This document shows positions 8,864 through 15,797 of a DNA stretch of 47,975 nt, one piece after another. Position 1 is the first letter of the stretch; each line of letters begins with the position of its first letter. The notes beneath the pieces were generated by a model. That model saw only the letters and a program-made list of their open reading frames with translations, searched no databases and was not told the origin of the DNA. The stretch comes from a virus. The stretch covers positions 1 to 47,975 of IMG/VR virus record IMGVR_UViG_3300027852_000008. One strand, 5' to 3'. The position numbers and the translations under genes are program-made.

Positions 8864-9183
8864 TAAGGTACTCTTATTGTCATATTTCTAAGTTCAGTAG
8901 TTTTTCTAATCATAGCAACTCTAATAGCAAATATTACATCAGCATAAGTATATCCCTTTCTTTGATACCACTTTTTCCTAAATCTTCTCTCCTTTAATAC
9001 AGCTTGAGCATGATCTATCACTCCATGCATAAATTCCTCATCGTCATAACAGACATATGATCCATCACTTAATGTTGTAGGATGAAGACTCTTAGACACA
9101 TCCCCATTCTTGTTTGCAATACTTATCTCTTTAAGAACAGCAAAAAATACTCTAGTCACAGTAATGCTCCTTAACATATTCAC
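8863..9183 (-). CDS. Hypothetical protein
   Basis: A 106-aa ORF. The tracked start is a GTG overlapping the glutaredoxin gene. A GTG at 9159 preceded by AAGGAG is an alternative start. Confidence 0.5.
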   Translation of the reverse strand: MNMLRSITVTRVFFAVLKEISIANKNGDVSKSLHPTTLSDGSYVCYDDEEFMHGVIDHAQAVLKERRFRKKWYQRKGYTYADVIFAIRVAMIRKTTELRNMTIRVP

Positions 9184-9430
9184 CTACATCTTCACCAAAG
9201 ACTTTTACAGCATTGTGATCATCATAACAATCCTTACCTATATACAATGCAGGAGTATCTATTTGACCTTTACTATTCCACATCTCAAGAAAACAAGCTA
9301 AACCTAAACCTTCCATTTCTTCCAGAGAAAACTCTTGCAAGTCTTCTATCTTATCATAAATACCTGCATTCTTAAAATCATCACACTTAACACAACCACT
9401 CTTACTAAATAATATTACGCTGTTTGCCAT
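9152..9430 (-). CDS. Glutaredoxin/NrdH-like redox protein
   Basis: 92 aa. The N-terminal beta-strand plus CxxC (ILFSKSGCVKCDDFK) is typical of the thioredoxin fold. It overlaps the terL 3' end by 16 nt. Confidence 0.6.
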   Translation of the reverse strand: MANSVILFSKSGCVKCDDFKNAGIYDKIEDLQEFSLEEMEGLGLACFLEMWNSKGQIDTPALYIGKDCYDDHNAVKVFGEDVGEYVKEHYCD

Positions 9431-10866
9431 GAGTTTTTCCCCATATAATCAGATTGTCTTGTTCTTCTAGCATTCCTTTTAACCTTTACTTTCTTCCAAA
9501 GCCTATTTGCAAATGCAGCTGCATATTCAGTATTACAAAGTGCATCTGCAATATTTGGAGAAGCAACTCCACGAGCTTTCATCTGTTTCTTAGACTCAAC
9601 AACAACACCTCCATGAACATTAAAGTCATAAGTAGGCATAGCCAATTCATTACAAAGCTCCTCTCCGTCATCATTATCAGGAAACCAATAAGCACCTTTC
9701 ATACAGTTATCTCTAACTCTCCACCATAACTCATCTCTCATTCTATCATACTTAGCTATGTCTGTGGATTTATTAGCTACATTAAGACCTATTGTATTAA
9801 GATGTCCATGCTTCATTAACCAATCAGTTACACCTGCACCAACTCCTATCTCATCAATTACTAAACCATCTGCATTTAGTTCTTGATAAGTTAGATTAAT
9901 ATGTCCACCAAGTGATATAGTATTAATACCTTGGAAGGAATCCCAGTCAAATATTTTTATACCTTTCCTTGGTAAGACAATGGATCTATCCTCACCATAT
10001 CTAGCTACATCAACACCAAGATATAATGGCTCATCCTCTGAGATCTCTGTCTCATTACCAAGACATTGCCTTGCCCAAGATAATGGTATGAGTGTTCTTT
10101 CATCTTCATGAGGAGGATTCCCTGCTACACGAACAGCAAAAACAGATGAGTCTTCACCATACTTATTCCTGAAGAAATCCACCATGCTATCTTCAACTAG
10201 ATTGGATTCTCTTGAATCCCAATGAAGCCTATTCCATTCTCCAGCTATCTTCTCAGAATAATGTGTATCATAGAAGTAACCGGAGTTCTTTGTCATATTA
10301 CCAATGAGTAAGCATTTATTATCCTCCTGTGTCATAGCACCTTCTAATGGTATAAACACAGGATCATTAATTCCAGATGCCTCATCACCTATAATCAAAA
10401 GATGATCCCCATGAAATCCAGCTAATGTTTCAGCTTGTTCCTCTTTAGACGCCTTGACTTGTGGAGAGATAGCTCTAATCCACCAATCCTTTGGAGCACT
10501 CTTATGAAAGAACTTATCTTTCTGATGTATGAACTCATCTTGAAGACGAGATTTTCTAAACCACTTAGCTAATTCAGCCCAATATATATCTTGAAGCTGT
10601 CTGTTTGTAGGTGCTGTTACAGGTATTTTTGCATAAGGTCTTGTAGTCATAAACCAGAGTGCAATCCACACTGCTAAGGCGTCCTTACCGCAACCATGGC
10701 CTGAACGGATTGTAAGCCTTCTGATGTGAGGTATCATCTCTAGAGCTTCTATTTGCTGATTACTTGGCTTTGCCCCAAGACATTCGTGTGCAAAAGCTAC
10801 AGCATTATCTGTCCAATCCTGTAGTTTACCAAGTACATTATAGTTTAGTTTTGTCTTTGTCTTCAT
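9415..10866 (-). CDS. terL: Terminase large subunit
   Basis: 483 aa with a Walker A-like GHGCGKDA, Walker B LLIIGDEASG, and the nuclease-domain motif LGVDVARYGEDRS. Confidence 0.9.
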   Translation of the reverse strand: MKTKTKLNYNVLGKLQDWTDNAVAFAHECLGAKPSNQQIEALEMIPHIRRLTIRSGHGCGKDALAVWIALWFMTTRPYAKIPVTAPTNRQLQDIYWAELAKWFRKSRLQDEFIHQKDKFFHKSAPKDWWIRAISPQVKASKEEQAETLAGFHGDHLLIIGDEASGINDPVFIPLEGAMTQEDNKCLLIGNMTKNSGYFYDTHYSEKIAGEWNRLHWDSRESNLVEDSMVDFFRNKYGEDSSVFAVRVAGNPPHEDERTLIPLSWARQCLGNETEISEDEPLYLGVDVARYGEDRSIVLPRKGIKIFDWDSFQGINTISLGGHINLTYQELNADGLVIDEIGVGAGVTDWLMKHGHLNTIGLNVANKSTDIAKYDRMRDELWWRVRDNCMKGAYWFPDNDDGEELCNELAMPTYDFNVHGGVVVESKKQMKARGVASPNIADALCNTEYAAAFANRLWKKVKVKRNARRTRQSDYMGKNSWQTA

Positions 10867-11112
10867 AATCTAACCTTATGGTTCTTCATAAAGAGAATCT
10901 ATCGCCTACACTACAGTCTTTTAGTTTTAGCTGAGCAGCTGCTTGCCTTCCCTAAATGAACCATAAAAAATACCACTTAGATGAAACACCATCCATAATG
11001 GGCGGGATTCCGCAATTTGAGTTCCTTACACATTTGAGATATAAGACTCTGTAGAATAAACAGACTCAAGTATAGTTTCATTCTACTGTATGATTGCGGA
11101 TACCCAAAAAAG
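10867..11112 (-). other. 246-nt untranslated leader upstream of terL with long-range stems (candidate cis-regulatory RNA or pac region)
   Basis: No ORF longer than 15 codons. TCCGCAAT (11008..11015) pairs with ATTGCGGA (11092..11099) and is extended by GGG/CCC. Nested pairings are GTAGAAT/ATTCTAC and TTGAGT/ACTCAA. Confidence 0.4.
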
Positions 11113-11134
11113 TTAAGAAAAGTCAATTATTAAC
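11113..11134 (+). promoter_or_regulatory. Conserved palindromic element, copy 3 (TTAAGAAAAGTCAATTATTAAC; one mismatch in the right arm)
   Basis: Overlaps the stop codon of the 51-aa ORF, at the 5' edge of the terL leader. Confidence 0.65.
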
Positions 11135-11285
11135 CTTTTTCCTTATAATCAAAAAGAACATCCAATACTCTTAGAACCTCATCATCCCATTCCTCTCCGG
11201 GATCAGCAATAGCTTTAAGAAGTAAGTTTCTTAATCCAGAAGCATAAAGTATCTTAGCTATATTCCAGTACAAACTAACCTTCAT
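11130..11285 (-). CDS. Hypothetical 51-aa protein (MKVSLYWNIAKILYASGLRNLLLKAIADPGEEWDDEVLRVLDVLFDYKEKG)
   Basis: Found by hand. The ATG at 11285 is preceded by CGGAGG. Confidence 0.45.
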   Translation of the reverse strand: MKVSLYWNIAKILYASGLRNLLLKAIADPGEEWDDEVLRVLDVLFDYKEKG

Positions 11286-11304
11286 ACAAACCTCCGTGTT
11301 TTAA

Positions 11305-11829
11305 TTAAGCTAACCACTCCCCAATACACAATCTATCAGCTATTTGTTTCACCCTTGTCTTAGCTTGTTTATACCACTTGCTATCCATCAGTTCAATTGA
11401 GGCCTCTTTATACATTCCATCCTTTATGAGGGAAAGTGTCTTTCCGAAATTTAAAGCTCCTTTAAAACCCAAAACATAAACCATCTCAACCAAGACACCC
11501 TTTCTACTTGGTGTTAGACTTTTCCACGTATCATCTGTAACTAATTTCGGAGCTGTTTCTTTAGCATACATAATAGCTTCTTCCAATCTCCTTCTTGCTT
11601 CAGGTTCGGTAATTACTTCCTCTTTATACGATATTGTTCCATAACCTATTGACCAGCGTTTAAGATCCCAATAAGCCTTTGATCTATATCCTTCATTATC
11701 AGCTATCAAACATTCTATAATACTTAGGAACAATACATCTTCTATTGCTCGTAGAGTGGTTTTGTGCACCTGTACAGCTATATCTACTTTAACTAAGTCT
11801 TTTGTTTGTTTACTATAGGTTTGGGACAT
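11305..11829 (-). CDS. Endolysin, T4-type (GH24) lysozyme
   Basis: Catalytic-region signature DNEGYRSKAYWDLKRWSIGYGT. The ATG at 11829 has AGGAGAGGAT upstream. The ORF track extends to 11901 (see findings). Confidence 0.85.
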   Translation of the reverse strand: MSQTYSKQTKDLVKVDIAVQVHKTTLRAIEDVLFLSIIECLIADNEGYRSKAYWDLKRWSIGYGTISYKEEVITEPEARRRLEEAIMYAKETAPKLVTDDTWKSLTPSRKGVLVEMVYVLGFKGALNFGKTLSLIKDGMYKEASIELMDSKWYKQAKTRVKQIADRLCIGEWLA

Positions 11830-12250
11830 TATCCTCTCCTGGGTTAGGAGCATTAGCATCAGCATCACTAACAGGTTTACCAACAATTTCAAACTCGGCA
11901 TCTATGGACTCTTCCTCTTCAATAGTTGTTACATTTGCCTTCTGTTCCATATAAGTAAGATAGCCTATTAAGCCATGAATTTCTGTTGGTTTTCCGACTT
12001 CAAGTCTTTCATTATTCTTCAGGATGTTATAAGCACTAACAAGTTCACGGAGGTTCGCATCCTCCATCTTATCCTCATCTATACAATCAAGTATCTTAGC
12101 TTGTAAAGCAGTTAGCTGTAGGTTTTGTGTGGATCTATACTCTTCAATTACGGATGAACTGTTTTCAAACAAGCTTACAATCTGTTTCATAACATCAAGG
12201 CTTCTATCTAACTCTTCCGCCTTTCTAACTAAGGCTAAATCCATCTTCAT
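11813..12250 (-). CDS. Hypothetical protein, first gene of the leftward operon (small-terminase candidate by position only)
   Basis: 145 aa, helical, with an acidic tail. RBS AAAGGAGAC. Lies 24 nt downstream of the predicted TSS of the consensus promoter. Confidence 0.6.
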   Translation of the reverse strand: MKMDLALVRKAEELDRSLDVMKQIVSLFENSSSVIEEYRSTQNLQLTALQAKILDCIDEDKMEDANLRELVSAYNILKNNERLEVGKPTEIHGLIGYLTYMEQKANVTTIEEEESIDAEFEIVGKPVSDADANAPNPGEDNVPNL

Positions 12251-12280
12251 ATTATGTCTCCTTTACTAAGCTATACTACC

Positions 12281-12309
12281 ATTATATACAATTGTATCCA
12301 AGGTGTCAA
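12281..12309 (-). promoter_or_regulatory. Perfect consensus sigma70 promoter for the leftward lysis/packaging/virion operon
   Basis: The minus strand reads TTGACA (12309..12304), a 17-nt spacer, then TATAAT (12286..12281). Confidence 0.8.
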
Positions 12310-12372
12310 GAATAAAAAGTAGGCATATTTGTTTTAAGGTTTTGTTTTGAATTTTTTAGGTGTGTAAAAAAG

Positions 12373-12393
12373 GTGTAATCTACACTTTCTTAA
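12373..12393 (+). promoter_or_regulatory. Structural variant of the conserved element (GTGTA-ATC-TACAC followed by TTTCTTAA)
   Basis: It has the same 5-bp stem, 3-nt loop and flank as the conserved element but a different stem sequence. It lies in the divergent control region. Confidence 0.45.
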
Positions 12394-12461
12394 GGGGTAC
12401 CCCTGGGGCTTCATGGGGGTCTTAATATATATAGTTATAGTGATTCAGGATTATTGATGAC

Positions 12462-12490
12462 TTGACAAGGTTTATTATGTGTGATAAGAT
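12462..12490 (+). promoter_or_regulatory. Sigma70-type promoter (TTGACA-N17-TAAGAT with TGn) for the first rightward gene
   Basis: TTGACA at 12462..12467 and TGaTAAGAT ending at 12490. An 8-bp inverted repeat TGCAATCA/TGATTGCA lies immediately downstream (12490..12520). Confidence 0.65.
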
Positions 12491-12636
12491 GCAATCATAA
12501 TTAAATGAGTTGTGATTGCAGAGTGATGGAACCATTAATTGACTTAATGATTATCCATCTTTGAAAGTTCTTTGACAATTGAATATTGTTTTTACCTGTG
12601 TCTATCCTTCTTATATGTAAGAGGAGGAATAGATCA

Positions 12637-13143
12637 ATGGCAAAATCTAATATAGGCGGACAGTTTACCTGGAAGAGAACGGATAACGTTTTGATAGTTT
12701 ACTTTGTCAAGACAGGAGAGAAGAGGACTGATGAACAGTTAGCCGAGGCTACCTTTAACTTACAAGAGATATGGTCGAGTTACAAGGAGTTTGATGAAGT
12801 ACAAGCTGAAGCCAGTGCCTATGGTATTAAACAGAAGTTAGCTGATAGTACAGCTCTGCCAGAGACAGTTCTGAGTAAGGATGAACGTGTAGAGTATATG
12901 GTTAATACCTTTCATAGACTATCTGTTGATAGATTGTGGAACAATAAAACTAAGGCTGATCCTGATAAGGTAAAGGTATCACAGCGAGAGCTGGGTAAGA
13001 TTGATAGTTTGGCTGACTTAAGAGCAATGAAGATGCTTGATGGCAAAGCAGGGTTTATCATGCCACAAGAGGCAAAGGATAAGCTTGTTGAATTGGAAGC
13101 GGTAGTAGTTGAGGAAGAAATGAAAGATAAGAAGAAAAAGTAA
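12637..13143 (+). CDS. Hypothetical protein, paralog of 18194..18562
   Basis: The ATG at 12637 has GAGGAGG upstream, whereas the tracked start at 12586 has none. It shares AYGIKQKLADSTA / KHGVLQKLGDAAA and RLWN / GNWA blocks with the 122-aa ORF. Confidence 0.7.
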   Translation: MAKSNIGGQFTWKRTDNVLIVYFVKTGEKRTDEQLAEATFNLQEIWSSYKEFDEVQAEASAYGIKQKLADSTALPETVLSKDERVEYMVNTFHRLSVDRLWNNKTKADPDKVKVSQRELGKIDSLADLRAMKMLDGKAGFIMPQEAKDKLVELEAVVVEEEMKDKKKK

Positions 13144-13191
13144 TGCTAACCTTGGATAGACACAGGTACATTTGTTTATGTTTGTGTACGA

Positions 13192-13248
13192 TGTCAACAA
13201 ATGTCTGCATGTACCATGGTCTGTGTACAAATGGGGGGCCGTGCCCCC
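13192..13248. repeat. Left arm of an imperfect ~60-bp inverted repeat bracketing the origin-like region
   Basis: TGTCAACAAATGTCTGCATGTACC...TGTGTACAAATGGGGGGCCGTGCCCCC. Its reverse complement recurs at 13553..13616. It contains the GC hairpin GGGGGC-CGT-GCCCCC. Confidence 0.7.
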
Positions 13249-13278
13249 ACACATTGACCTTTTTGTCTTAGTACATAT

Positions 13279-13291
13279 TTAAGAAAAGTCA
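13279..13291 (+). promoter_or_regulatory. Half copy of the conserved element (TTAAGAAAAGTCA, no right arm)
   Basis: The invariant 12-mer is present. The downstream sequence GAAATATCC is not palindromic. Confidence 0.5.
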
Positions 13292-13337
13292 GAAATATCC
13301 CAGTCTTCATCTATCTAAGTAATCATTTATCTAAGAG

Positions 13338-13377
13338 TTAATAATATATATATATTAAAAAAAAAAATATATAAAAA
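13338..13377. other. 40-nt pure A/T tract (candidate DNA-unwinding element)
   Basis: ttaataatatatatatattaaaaaaaaaaatatataaaaa contains no G or C. Confidence 0.6.
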
Positions 13378-13410
13378 CTTAATCACTGAAAATTCAAGGT
13401 TTGGATTACA

Positions 13411-13530
13411 ATCTTGTAACTCACGTACTTTGCTTGTAATTGACAAACATACCTTGTAACTCATGAACATATCTTGTAACTAACACAAACATCTTGTAAC
13501 TAACAAACATATCTTGTAACTAACATACAA
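13411..13530 (+). repeat. Six tandem 20-bp iterons (consensus ATCTTGTAACTAACAnAAACAT)
   Basis: The CTTGTAA(C/T) cores start at 13413, 13433, 13453, 13473, 13493 and 13513, an exact 20-bp phase. Confidence 0.9.
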
Positions 13531-13552
13531 GAAAGGTCAATGATATTTGCAT

Positions 13553-13616
13553 GCGCACGGGGGGTAGTTTGTACACATAACACGGTATATGCAGACACAT
13601 GTTGCTTTTGTTGACA
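13553..13616. repeat. Right arm of the inverted repeat bracketing the origin-like region
   Basis: GCGCACGGGGGGTAGTTTGTACACA...GGTATATGCAGACACATGTTGCTTTTGTTGACA is the reverse complement of 13192..13248, with one 9-nt insertion and some mismatches. Confidence 0.7.
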
Positions 13617-13638
13617 ATCTAACATGAATACCTATATT
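13611..13638 (+). promoter_or_regulatory. Sigma70-type promoter (TTGACA-N16-TATATT)
   Basis: TTGACA at 13611..13616 and TATATT at 13633..13638. Confidence 0.6.
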
Positions 13639-13644
13639 TTATTG

Positions 13645-13673
13645 TTGACATCTGAACATATCCGTGGTAATAT
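13645..13673 (+). promoter_or_regulatory. Sigma70-type promoter (TTGACA-N17-TAATAT with TGn)
   Basis: TTGACA at 13645..13650 and TGgTAATAT ending at 13673. It is in tandem with the previous promoter, upstream of the small-ORF array. Confidence 0.65.
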
Positions 13674-13728
13674 TATTACATAATCATCCGAAATAGTTAA
13701 GGATGTTAACCTTTTTAGGAGAATAAAG

Positions 13729-13878
13729 ATGACAAAAGCAGAGTATCAAACATGGAAAGGATTGACTAAAGAAGAATATACAAGAAAGATTGAAGTAGAA
13801 AGACAAATAGTAAATGAAGCTATTAAACGTCTAGTAAAAAAGAATAAAGACCTAGATGTAGAAGAGTTACTGGAGTAA
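13729..13878 (+). CDS. Hypothetical 49-aa protein (MTKAEYQTWKGLTKEEYTRKIEVERQIVNEAIKRLVKKNKDLDVEELLE)
   Basis: Found by hand. The RBS TAGGAGAATAAAG precedes the ATG. It is the first ORF after the tandem promoters. Confidence 0.55.
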   Translation: MTKAEYQTWKGLTKEEYTRKIEVERQIVNEAIKRLVKKNKDLDVEELLE

Positions 13879-13962
13879 AAACAATTACACAAACATATTT
13901 GTACCAGTTAGCCTTTAGGCTCCAATCCGTCTTATCCAAGCTAATATTATTTAAGTTAAAAA

Positions 13963-13984
13963 GTCATTTTTTGACTTTTCTTAC
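13963..13984 (-). promoter_or_regulatory. Conserved palindromic element, copy 5, the only inverted copy (minus strand GTAAGAAAAGTCAAAAAATGAC)
   Basis: The plus strand reads GTCATTTTTTGACTTTTCTTAC, 21 nt upstream of the ATG at 14006. Confidence 0.65.
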
Positions 13985-14005
13985 ACAAATAAAAGGAGAT
14001 ATAAT

Positions 14006-14194
14006 ATGATAAAGAAAGAATGTTCTTCAGTTGAAGAATTATGGAATAATATGTGTCCTGAAGAACGAGCTTGTAATGAAAGGTTACGGTATTTATCTGA
14101 GAAGACTTTACTAGCAAACTGGACAGATTTAAATAAATATATTCAAGGACATATTATAATATTACTCAGTGGAGAAGTAAAGCAGAACAACTAA
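14006..14194 (+). CDS. Hypothetical early protein
   Basis: 62 aa, RBS AAAGGAGA. Confidence 0.6.
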   Translation: MIKKECSSVEELWNNMCPEERACNERLRYLSEKTLLANWTDLNKYIQGHIIILLSGEVKQNN

Positions 14195-14213
14195 ACAAAA
14201 GGAGAAATAAATT

Positions 14214-14579
14214 ATGTTAAGTTTAACAGCCGAACATTGTGTTGCTATGGTTGAAACTGTAATTGCTGGAGGTCCAGGAACCAAGATGTGGGTATGTACA
14301 GGTGATAGAAATGAAGCTGAGAAGTGGAGGCTTCGTCTCTATAGGATTATAAAAGATTTTCCGGAAATATTTAAGAATCAAATCTGTACAGAAAGAAAAA
14401 AGATAGGTGAAGACCTATATGAAGTACAACTGCTTTATATAGATGAAAGTAAATTACCAAGATTTGTGGCTATAAAGGCGGATGGAACAGAGATAGTATG
14501 TCAAACACCTAATGAAAGAAGAATAGAAAAGATGAAGAAAGAGGAAAAAGATAATATTTATGACTTAACTTGGGAATAA
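14214..14579 (+). CDS. Hypothetical early protein
   Basis: 121 aa, RBS AAAGGAGAA. Confidence 0.65.
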   Translation: MLSLTAEHCVAMVETVIAGGPGTKMWVCTGDRNEAEKWRLRLYRIIKDFPEIFKNQICTERKKIGEDLYEVQLLYIDESKLPRFVAIKADGTEIVCQTPNERRIEKMKKEEKDNIYDLTWE

Positions 14580-14618
14580 AACAAGACAAACAAATACATT
14601 CAACCCTTTATTATTTCA

Positions 14619-14646
14619 TTGACAACTTAATTTTACGTGTTATAAT
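14619..14646 (+). promoter_or_regulatory. Sigma70-type promoter (TTGACA-N16-TATAAT with TGn)
   Basis: TTGACA at 14619..14624 and TGtTATAAT ending at 14646. Confidence 0.75.
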
Positions 14647-14684
14647 GAGGGTAAATCAAATATTTAGAGAAAGGAGATATCAAC

Positions 14685-15026
14685 ATGATCAAGTTAGAAA
14701 CAGTTGGAGTTGTTTTATATAGAGATAAAGGAAAAGAAAAGGGTCTCATAATCAAGGATATTACAATGCTTCACCTTGGAGATCTTCCACAGGAATACAT
14801 AGGTAAGGCACCATATGCTTACAGACTTGATGATACAATACAAATCTGTATGGAACAAACAGGTGTTGTTGATGTCTTTAGAAAGGAGCATATATATGAT
14901 AAAGAAAGAATAGAGAGGCTAGTAGATAATCTTGAGATATGTGGTACTAGACTGAGAAACATTAACCTTGAGCTAGATCAAGAAATGGAAGATTGGAGAG
15001 GTTCAAAACACAACTATATTGTTTAA
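14685..15026 (+). CDS. Hypothetical early protein
   Basis: 113 aa, RBS AAAGGAGA. Confidence 0.65.
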   Translation: MIKLETVGVVLYRDKGKEKGLIIKDITMLHLGDLPQEYIGKAPYAYRLDDTIQICMEQTGVVDVFRKEHIYDKERIERLVDNLEICGTRLRNINLELDQEMEDWRGSKHNYIV

Positions 15027-15038
15027 GGAGGTAAAACA

Positions 15039-15245
15039 ATGACTGACTGTAACTTATGTATCAATTCAACATGCTTAAAGCACAGTAAAAGTAAAGAGTT
15101 TCCTTTAATCTGGGAAAAAGACCTACCTTGTTTTAGACCTATTAAACCCTTTAAGGTAAAAGTGGCTAATTTAGCTTGGACACATCCACAAGGAATGTAT
15201 GATGTTCTTAACAGGTTTGGGATAAAAGCTAACCTATATACATAA
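15039..15245 (+). CDS. Hypothetical early protein
   Basis: 68 aa, RBS AAGGAGG. Confidence 0.6.
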   Translation: MTDCNLCINSTCLKHSKSKEFPLIWEKDLPCFRPIKPFKVKVANLAWTHPQGMYDVLNRFGIKANLYT

Positions 15246-15257
15246 AGGAGAAAATAA

Positions 15258-15455
15258 ATGAGTAATGACTTAAATGAGTTTAAAGAGAACATGTGTAAGA
15301 CTATTTTTGGAACTACAAAAGAGAAGGCACAAGGAGAGGGTCTCTGTGTTAACTGTAATGAACCTGCTCTTCCAAAGTGCTACTCTGAGGCTGGTATCAG
15401 AGAGTTCCATATATCAGGTCTTTGTGAAGAATGTTATGATAAGATTTGTGAATAA
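15258..15455 (+). CDS. Small zinc-finger protein
   Basis: 65 aa with CVNC...CEEC. RBS AAAGGAGAAAATAAATG, identical to that of the next gene. Confidence 0.65.
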   Translation: MSNDLNEFKENMCKTIFGTTKEKAQGEGLCVNCNEPALPKCYSEAGIREFHISGLCEECYDKICE

Positions 15456-15467
15456 AGGAGAAAATAA

Positions 15468-15683
15468 ATGAAGATAAAAAAGATTACATTCCAGAGTCGT
15501 AGAGATTTCCATGCGATTTATGAGTGTGAACATTGTGGAGAGGTAAAGGAAGGTTCTGGATATGATGACTCATACTATCACAATTATGTAATTCCAGCAA
15601 TGACATGTGAGGTTTGTGGAAAGACAGCTCCGGAAAGTTATAGAGGTTTGGCTCCTAAGTATTCTGAAGACACAATTATTTAA
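15468..15683 (+). CDS. Small zinc-ribbon protein
   Basis: 71 aa with CEHCGE...CEVCGK. Confidence 0.65.
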   Translation: MKIKKITFQSRRDFHAIYECEHCGEVKEGSGYDDSYYHNYVIPAMTCEVCGKTAPESYRGLAPKYSEDTII

Positions 15684-15797
15684 TAAATAACCATTTAGGG
15701 CTTGGGGCTTGGTTCATTTAAGACACATATAATAAGATGTGTTGAATAAGTTTGGTGTTAGGGAATCAAGAGGTGGTTATTTAAAGGAGAAATAAGA

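Noticed and set aside
10867-11129. A tRNA or known small ribozyme in the terL leader
   Set aside because: I found no cloverleaf with a 7-nt T-loop or anticodon arm. There is no CUGAnGA...GAAA hammerhead core, and no twister- or pistol-like conserved nucleotides that I could find by eye. The region is kept only as an unexplained structured leader.
12394-12419. The G-run cluster as a G-quadruplex
   Set aside because: It has only three G4-5 runs. A fourth run is missing, so an intramolecular G4 is not supported. The overlapping palindromes are the more parsimonious reading.
12572-12600. TTGACA at 12572..12577 as an additional rightward promoter
   Set aside because: No acceptable -10 hexamer lies 16-18 nt downstream; the sequence there is cctgtg.
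13018-13254. Minus-strand ORFs 13018..13254 and 13058..13252
   Set aside because: They overlap the 3' end of the 12637..13143 gene and the inverted-repeat arm. They have no RBS, and their Cys/His/Leu-rich composition is odd.
13411-13530. The six-fold repeat array as a mini-CRISPR array
   Set aside because: The period is only 20 bp, so there are no 25-40-nt spacers between repeats. The repeats are contiguous and degenerate. There are no cas genes. The adjacent A/T tract and inverted repeats fit an origin better.
15274-15471. Alternative-frame ORF 15274..15471 (and similarly 31209..31397, 3319..3537, 4229..4528, 7666..7985, 8073..8632, 8773..9301, 9454..9729)
   Set aside because: Each is nested in, or antisense to, a longer ORF that has a strong RBS and fits the operon packing. 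None has its own RBS.
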